In this document: piece after piece, positions 53,501 to 62,558 of the stretch
Numbering within the stretch: the stretch's first letter is position 1
Layout: each line of letters starts with the position of its first letter
Assembly: GCF_001194135.2 (NCBI RefSeq)
Contig: NC_068999.1
Coordinates: forward strand, 54,872,960 to 54,936,959
Length of the DNA stretch: 64,000 nucleotides
Direction: 5' to 3'
DNA from: Octopus bimaculoides
Taxonomy: Eukaryota
Program-made: the position numbers and the translations under genes
Notes under the pieces: generated by a model
Databases searched by the model: none
Told to the model about the DNA's origin: nothing
The model's input: the letters and a program-made list of their open reading frames with translations, nothing else

Positions 53501-56500
53501 TTTCTTTTTTGCCTGAGATATGTAGTGCATTGCTCTTGTTGAGAAGACATACCCACCATGACAGAATTGAGAACCTAAAGCCGAGATTCCACATAGAAAG
53601 CATTCTGGTGATGGTGTCACGTAAAATGTACTGGTGGTGATACCACATTAAAAGCACTGATGATGGTGCCACATAAAAAGCACCCAGTACATTCTGTAAA
53701 GTGGTTGGTGTTAAGAAGGCATCCAGCTGCAGAAACCAAACCAAAACAGATTATGGAACCTGGTGCAGCTCCTGTCAAACTGTCTAACTCATGTCAGTAT
53801 GGAAAATGGACATTAAATGATGATAGCTGTAGCATTAAAACATAGAGGAGTTATAATTGCATGCATGAGATTTTAGGAATAATTATTTGTAAAGACTGCA
53901 TTAGATATATGTTTTTGGAAATTTTAGGGAAGGGAACAGGAGGATTGGGATCTGTTTAGAGTAGCAGTGTTAGTAAAAGATTCAGTTGTTTTTGGATGTT
54001 TCTTTACCTTATTGGCACTCCATTGGTTACACTGAGGAAGGTTCCAGTTGATCCGATCAATGGAACAGCCTGCTTGTGAAATTAACATGCAAGTGGCTGA
54101 ACACTCTACAGACACACGTACCCTTAATGTAGTTCTCAAGGAGATTCAGCATGACACAGGATGTAACAAGACTGGCCCTTTAAATATTAGAGGTACGACT
54201 CATTTTTGCCAGCTGAGTGAACTGGAGTAACATGAAATAAAGTGTCTTGCTCAAGGATACAATGCACTGCTAGGAATGGAACATCTGACCTTATGATCAT
54301 GAGCCAAATATCCTAACAACTAAGTCACATACCTTCACAGTTTCTCTAAGACTAATTAATTTTTGTATTAACAATTTGCCTGCAAGTCTGAACATGTATG
54401 CTCCATATCACTAAGCCACTGTCTTCATCTGCTTCTCTTTCTCACATCACTTCTATGTTTTGTTTGCTTTGAATATCATGGTTTCTTATTCTGTGTGAAA
54501 CGGACTGTATGAAGTGTGAAAACGGAGAATGATGCTGTACAGTGGTGAGGTGTTGGCACTGAAAGTGGGATAGGGAAATTTTTTCAGAATTAGGAGAGAA
54601 ACAATTGAGTATGATATGTTGCATATTTATCATTTAAGAACAGAAGTGAGACAAAACAGTGGTTGAACATGAAACGCTGGCATGATTGATATGTGATGTA
54701 AGTGAATGATATCTGCCAGGTAAAAAGCACAAAAATACAGCATCTAACTGAGAATGGCAAGTACTGCTAGCAGAGGCTAAGGAATAACATCCATTTGTTC
54801 CCTTCTCAAGAATGTAGAAGTTAATTTGAAGTATTGATTTGGTTGCTTGTTCTGACAGGTTAAGAGACCACAAAGGGGATCTTCTACTAACATAGGTATG
54901 TAGTGTGGTCTTTAACAGCAGGAAGGCATTGAATATCTGGGAGGCTGGACATTTAATCATTTACCTATGTACTGTTGGTCTGTTTGAGTAGAACCACCAA
55001 GGGACTACACAGCAACAACTGAGGAAGAAAAGGAAAGGGGTGAATTCAGTTCTGAAGTTGATGGTCTTTACAGATGAAATAACCTGTGATTAAGGAGGCT
55101 ACAGCACATGGTGAAAAGGAAATACTTGTGAAATACTTCATAGGCGCAGGAGTGGCTGTGTGGCAAGTAACTTGCTTACCAACCACATGGTTCTGGATTC
55201 AGTCCCACTGTGTGGCACCTTGGGCAAGTGTCTTCTACTATAGTCTCGAGTTGACCAAAGCCTTGTGAGTGGATTTGGTAGACAGAAACTGAAAGAAGTC
55301 GGTCGTATATATGTGTCTGTGTTTGTCCCCCCAACATCGCTTGACAACCGATGGTGGTGTGTTTATGTCCCCGTAACTTAGCGGTTCGGCAAAAGAGACC
55401 GATAGAATAAGTACTAGGCTTACAAAGAATAAGTCCTAGGGTCGATTTGCTCGACTAAAAAAGGCGGTGCTCCAGCATGGCCACAGTCAAATGACTGAAA
55501 CAAGTAAAAGAGTAAAAGAACACCAAAAGAGGAGAGTCTGTGCCTCAAAGATTGTGATGTTGAGACATCTGCATTAGAGGAGATGAATTAATCAGTGAGA
55601 GATTCTTAATCACTGACTTAGTAGTTAAGTTAGTACTTGGGAGTAGGATTTGAGAAGGGTTCTGTATGGAATTTTAGCAGCAGCTAGACAATGCTGTTGC
55701 AGAAAATGTTAATGCATCCAGCAGGTTTAGATGGATTTCATGGATTTATAGAAGTAGTAATTACAGTAGAAATAATTTTTAAGAAGATATGCTTCAATGT
55801 TCTTGTGGTTGTGTGAGGGTTGCACTCTGCTGTGTGTGTTCTTGTGCTTGTAAGGTTAAGAGTTGTTCACATGTGTGGTATGGTTGTGCTATCCGGGATA
55901 TGTGAAGTCTTCTATACAAAATGAATTAATGATTTTCTTTTTATATCTTTCTCCACAGTCAACTGGACAACTGTTTGGTCAGAGCCTGACTAGTTTTTAT
56001 ACCTCTACACCTATCATGAACGATGCAACCCACATTTCACATGCTATTGGGGATGTCTCCTCTTCACAGTCATCATTTCCCAAATCTGCATCCGCTAGCA
56101 GTGGTTTTAGCAGTCTTCCATCACCAGAGACACAGTTTCCTCCAAGGTAAGCTCATCTAATTTCAGCCAAAACCTGCACCTTTGTTAGTCTGGTAGTCAT
56201 CATATTCTGAGTATCATCATCATCGTTTAACGTCCGCTTTCCATGCTGGCATGGGTTGGACGGTTGACTGAGGATTGGTGAGCCATAGGCTGCACCAGGC
56301 TCAATCTGATCTGACAAAGTTTCTACAGCTGGATGCCCTTCCAAATGCCAACCACTCTGAGAATGTAGCGGGTGCTTTTACGTGCCACTGACACGAGTTC
56401 CAGCCAGGCGGTTCTGGCAACGACCACACTCAAAAGGTGTTTTTATGTGCTACCGGCACTGGTAACAACCACACTCGAATGTTGTTTTTCACATGCCACC

Positions 56501-59500
56501 GGCACATGTGCCGGTAAGGTGACACTGGCAACGATCATGCTCGAATGATGCTTTTCAAATGTCACCAGCACGGGAGCCAATCCTTGGCTCTGACAACAAT
56601 CACGCTTGGATGTGCTTTTAATGTTCCACTGGCATGAGTGCCAATCAGGTGGTACTGTCATTGGCCATGTCAGCGATTTTGATTTGTTTACACTTGCCTC
56701 AATAGATCTTCACAAGCAAAGTTCATTGTCCAATGAATGAGGGGTATTCATAAGTAGGCCGGTTACACCCCACATTCGGATGTAATTTTGATGTTCCACT
56801 GGCATGAGTGCCAATCAGGTGGTACTGTCATTGGCCNNNNNNNNNNACAACAATCACGCTTGGATGTGCTTTTAATGTTCCACTGGCATGAGTGCCAATC
56901 AGGTGGTACTGTCATTGGCCATGTCAGCGATTTTGATTTGTTTACACTTGCCTCAATAGATCTTCACAAGCAAAGTTCATTGTCCAATGAATGAGGGGTA
57001 CTCATAAGTAGGCCGGTTACACCCTACATTCGGATGTAATTTTGATGTTCCACTGGCATGAGTGCCAATCAGGTGGTACTGTCATCGGCCATGCCAGCGA
57101 TTTTGATTTCACTTGCCTCAATAGGTCTTCACAAGCAAGGTTTATTGTCCAATGAATGAGGAGTATTCATAAATGGGCTGGTTACACCCACAGGCATAGG
57201 CCATGGGCTATGGTCTTACTTGGCTTGTCTGGTCTTCTCGGTAAGGCCCAATGTGCGAAGATTGTGCTTCACCACCTCATTCCAGGTTTTCTTGGGTCTA
57301 CCTCTTCCACAGGTTCCCTCAACTGCTAAGGCTGTGACACTTTCACACAGCTGTCCTCCTCCATTCTCGCCACATGACCATACCAGTGCAGTCGTCTCTT
57401 TTGCACACCACATCTGATGCTTCTTAACTCCAACTTTTCTCTCAGGGTGCTTACACTCTCTCGAGTATGCACACTGGCATTACACATCCAGCAGAGCATG
57501 CTGGCTTCATTCCTTGCAAGCTTACGCATGTCCTCAGCAGTCACGGCCCATGTTTCACTGCCATGATATTGCTGCACCTCATATGTGTCCATAGCTTACA
57601 CTGGGTACATCTTATAGAGTTTCTACCTACGCCTTTTCTACAGAGCGAGCAGGGCCATCTACCTGAAGGGATTTGTGGTTTGTCTGCTTTCCTACTTGTT
57701 AAGACTTTGGTTTTAGCTAAGTTGAGTCTAAGGCCCTTCAATTCTAACCCTTGCTTCCACACCTGAAACTTTACTTCTAGTTCTGATAGTATCTCAGCAA
57801 TTAGAGCAAGGTCATCAGCATAGAGGAGCTCTCAAGGGCATCTTGTCTTAAATTCCTCTGTTATTGCCTGGAGGACTATGATGAATAAGAGGGGGCTGAG
57901 GACTGATCTTTGGTGGACCCCTAACCCTTCTCGGAATTCTTCACCTTACTCGTTGCCAACCCTCACCTTACTGACAGCTTCCCTGTACATGGCTTGCATA
58001 GCTCTCACTAACCATTCATCTATCTCTAGTTTCCTCATTGACTACCAGATAAGGGATTGGGGAACCCTGTCAAAGGCTTTCTCCAGTTTATCTTTGGCTA
58101 GGTATTTCTCTTGCAGCTGTCTTACCAGAAATATAGCATCAGTGGTGCTTTTCTTTGACATGAACCCAAACTGCATCTCATCTAGACTGACTCTCTCCCT
58201 AATTAGTTGGGCTTTGACGCTCTCCGTGACCTTCATTACCTGATCCAACAACTTGATACCTCTGTAATTATTTGTATCTAAAGCATCACCTTTACCTTTG
58301 TAGCAGTTGACTATGGTGCTGCTACACCAGTCGTTGGGTATGACTCCTTCATGTATCACCTGGTTAACTATACGGGTGACTAGGCTATAGCTGACACTGC
58401 CAGATATTTTGAGCATCTCTGCAGTGATTCCTGATGGGCCGGGGGCTTTCCCTGTCTTCATACTCTTAATTGCTTATCTACCAAGGTACTGTCAATTCAG
58501 ATAGCTGGTCCCTCTGTTGGGTCAACGTTCGGCAGACTCTCTTTCTCCCATTCATTCCTTTTATTGAGCAACCTTTCATAGTGGCGTCTCCAAACCGCTC
58601 TCTTTGCAGCCTCGTTTAATGCAAGTGAACCATCATCCATGTGGACACATTTCTCTCCTACGACATCACGATTCTCTCTCACACACTGTCTTGCAACACG
58701 AAATACCTAAAGTCTTTGGTCTTCACGGCACAGAACATTGGCAAATTTTTTCTTATCTGCTTTCCCTCTGGCTAAATAAACCTGTCTCCTAGCTTCCCTT
58801 CTGACAGTCTGATACAATTTCCTTGCTACCACCATTCTTCCAGTCCTTCCATGCCTGTTTCTTTTCCCTAATAGCCCTGTCAACAACATTGTTCCACCAC
58901 CATGTTACCTTGGGTATATACAAAAAAGATTTTCTGTAGACTACAAGTAGGTCTTTTATGTGAAAGAACCCCAACTTATTTCAATACTTACTGTACTTAA
59001 GGCAGCAATTTGGCAGAATTGTTACTGTGCCGTACAGAATGCTTGGCGACATTTCTTCCGACATTAATTCTGAGTGCAAATGCCACCAGGGTCAATTTCA
59101 CCTTTCATCCCTCCAGGTTAATAAAATAAGTACCAGTTGAACACTAGGGGTAATGTAATCGACTTACCCCTCTCTGAAATTGTTGGCTTTGTGCCAAAAT
59201 TTGAAACCATTATTATTACAAACAGTTTGATTTGTCCTCATGTGACATAGTTTTGCAAGCTCCTAGCAGAAAGCTGTCTTTCAGGCTTAGATTACCAAAT
59301 GGAGGAGTACAGGAAGTCCAAGATGGCTATTGGAACCGAATCTTTTAAATAATAATACACATAACTCCTGCGTTGAGTGCTTTTTCCTTTTGTTGGTCCA
59401 TTTGTGTGTGTGTGTGTGTGTGTTTATCTTGTGTTGTAACTGCATGGGACCAATATCCTTTTCATGTTGGCCTAGCGGCACTATAAGAATAATAGTAAAG

Positions 59501-61578
59501 GAAGGGGTTGTGGATTCCCCTTCTCAACAAGCAAGCTATATCTTCCTTCCCACTCCAACAAAATACTTGTTCACAAAATTGTACTGCATGTTGTTGCTGA
59601 AGTGGCTTTTTTTTATGGCTTCACTAGTTGAGGAATGGTAAGGCTTACAATACTGTGAGAAGAAAAGTAGGAAGATGCTGTGATCTGTGAGTTTTTCTCA
59701 GGTCAGAGATTTCGTCTAAATATTGTTAACAGTAAAATTCTGCCTAAGGACCAGGTGGTGGATTATGTCTACCACCAAGAAAAGCTAATCCATTGGACTA
59801 GCTTCCATTACTTTATTAGCACATATTGAGAATACCTTATGATTGATGGTCTTCCAGCTGTGACTATCCCATCTTTTTTTTAATTTTTTTTTTATACAAT
59901 TATTGGTGTGGTGGATATTTACTGCTCCTTTGAGCAGGTGGAGTTGCAATAGATGAATAGTACTTTTTCTGTGGTACTTGTATACAGCTTGTCAGCCTGC
60001 TCCCTTTCTCTTCAACTACCTTCTTCATTTCCTCCTGTTGATCCTCATATTCTCTTTGTTCCTTTCCTTTCTAACCCTTAGCATTTTCTTGGTTTCTGCA
60101 CACACTATTTTATATATTATGTATTTTAAAATGTAAATAGTGACAGAAGCAGTATTAATACGAAAAGATAAAATATTCACCAACTAAAAGTGGATGTTGC
60201 ATTAAAACACACAAATACTACAATTTTTACCATGCGAGAAAACTCTCATGGTTACTTGGTGCATCAGCACTTCTTTTGGCTCTGTATTACTATGCATATT
60301 GCTGGTGCAGCAGTTACTGTTATTTCCAGCTGCTTAGTGTCTACATTGACAAGGCCAAATGAGGCTGAAATCACATGATCTGGTAATCCAAGTAGTGTTT
60401 TCTCTCTTGGTATCACAGTATTTGTGTGTTCTAATGCAACATCTAGTTTTAATTGGGAATATTTTACCTTCTAATATATATTTTAGTTTCATTTCAAATA
60501 TTATACTCTATAAACACATACTGTTATATTATTTCACCACTATAGTAAATTGATAAATACATACTATTGAGTTATTTTATTATTCAGATTTGATCCCTTT
60601 GTAGGATTTTCGAGCGAGATCGTTGCCAGTGCCCCTGGACTGGCTCTTGTGCGGGTGGCACATAAAAGACACCATTTTGAGCGTGGCCATTGCCAGTATC
60701 GCCTGACTGGCCTTCGTGCGGGTGACACGTAAAAGCACCCACTACACTCTCTGAGTGGTTGGCGTTAGGAAAGGCATCCAGCTGTAGAAACTCTGCCAAA
60801 TTTAGATTGGAGCCTGGTGTTGCCATCCGGTTTCACCAGTCCTCAGTCAAATCGTCCAACCCATGCTAGCATTTAAAGCAGACGTTAAACGATGATGATT
60901 GTTAAATATTTAGTGTTGTGTTATACCTGCCCTGCAGTAAATTGTTAAACACAGTGTTGTATTAAATCTTTAGCAAACTGGTAAATGCTGTTGTTTGAAG
61001 TATTGGGTTGTCAGCTGGATTCTCTAGCCTTCAGCCTTCAGATTCCTCTTTCAAGTGTAGTGCGTGTTTAGTCACATTGTTTCGAGTTGGTTATGTGTTG
61101 TCATAGCCTTGAGATTTTGATGATGGGATTATGATTGTTAGAATGGTATTGTAGGGTAGGTGAGAGATGCTGAATCTGACCAGTTTGAACACAAAAGAGG
61201 GAGAATATTTAGGGCACACTTGGCCAATTTAAATGCTAAAAGGTTAATTCTTTTTTTACTACTTGGCACTCTATCATCATATCTGGAAAGGGGTAAAATT
61301 TATTCAAATTTCAAAAATGATAAACAAAAGTTATAGAGGAAGAATAGCTACAAAAAAAAAAAAAAACTTGGATAAAAATATTTTCATGTTAAATCACTAC
61401 TTTAGTAAATTGGTAAATATATAGTTGTGTTATTCCATTTATTAAAGATTGGTAAATGGCCATGACCCATCTGTAGTTAAAAGTAAGAGTTTCCCAACAG
61501 CTCTACAGAACCAACAGAAACCAGGTAAGTGTCTCTATTTCTGCTATGAGAATATTCTAAAGCTTTAATGCCAGTCTT

Positions 61579-61610
<32 letters not shown>

Positions 61611-62493
61611 TCTCTGTCTCTCTCTCTCTCTCCTTATGTTGTTGTTGTTTACATTTAGAAGCCATCATAGTTTGAATGGATTCATAAATGCTCTGATATT
61701 TTGGTGTATTGTTGCTGCAGTATAGTCACAATGCAGTGGCTTTTTTTTTTATGGCTTCACTAGATGAGGAATAGTAAGGTTTCCAATACTGTGAAATGAA
61801 AAGGCAGAAGATGTAATTTGTGAGTCAGATTTTGTCTAAATGCGGATAACAGTAAAACTCTTGCTAAAGCAACCACCTAAGGACCAGGTAGTGAATTATG
61901 TTTATCACCCAAGAAAAGCTAATCCATCAGACGAGCTTACTTTACTTCATTAGCAGTACTCCTCCCTCCCTCCACTCTCTTGAATGGTGAATCGAAGTGG
62001 TGCCTGTTGTTAGATTTCAATTGACATGATTGTTTATTTTTAGAATAATATTGTAAAGTGTGAGAGGCTGGATCTTGCCAGTTTGAAGATAAAACAGTTA
62101 GATTATTTTGGCCACACATGGCCGGTTTAAATACTAAAAGATTAAGAGAAACACAGCATGGGGTGATGGGAAAAAAGCAAAAGAAGAAAATAAGAGGTCA
62201 AGTATAATTAGTAATGTTAGATTAAATTTGAGCTGTTATTGTTGTTTGTGTTGTTAGTGTTGTTTATTCAGTTGAAGCAGGAGTTATTTTTGTTTGTTAC
62301 AGTGTCTGATTCACCTCGATATACTGTCTGTTCACGGTCCAAAAGCGCAGCCAATATTACACCAGATGCACGAATACCTGTCAACAAAAGTGACAAAAGT
62401 AAGGATTGTGTTAACTTTATATGCATTAGCTTTGTTATCTACACACTGTCCATATATGTATATTATGTATCTGTGTGTGTGTGTGTGTATGTA

Positions 62494-62558
<65 letters not shown>

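Noticed and set aside
55141-55220. tRNA-like A/B boxes here and in many similar copies
   Set aside because: They are SINE heads; I could not fold a complete cloverleaf and they continue into SINE bodies.
56400-57200. Regularly recurring ~20-40-bp motifs resembling a repeat-spacer array
   Set aside because: The intervening sequences are themselves homologous; this is the internally repetitive RTE 3'UTR in a eukaryote with no cas genes, not CRISPR.
59255-59348. Short frame [16 protein letters not shown] resembling a UBX/ubiquitin-like strand, or an extra GCP3 exon
   Set aside because: Too short, ends in a stop, has no donor, and is not needed for the GCP3 reading frame.
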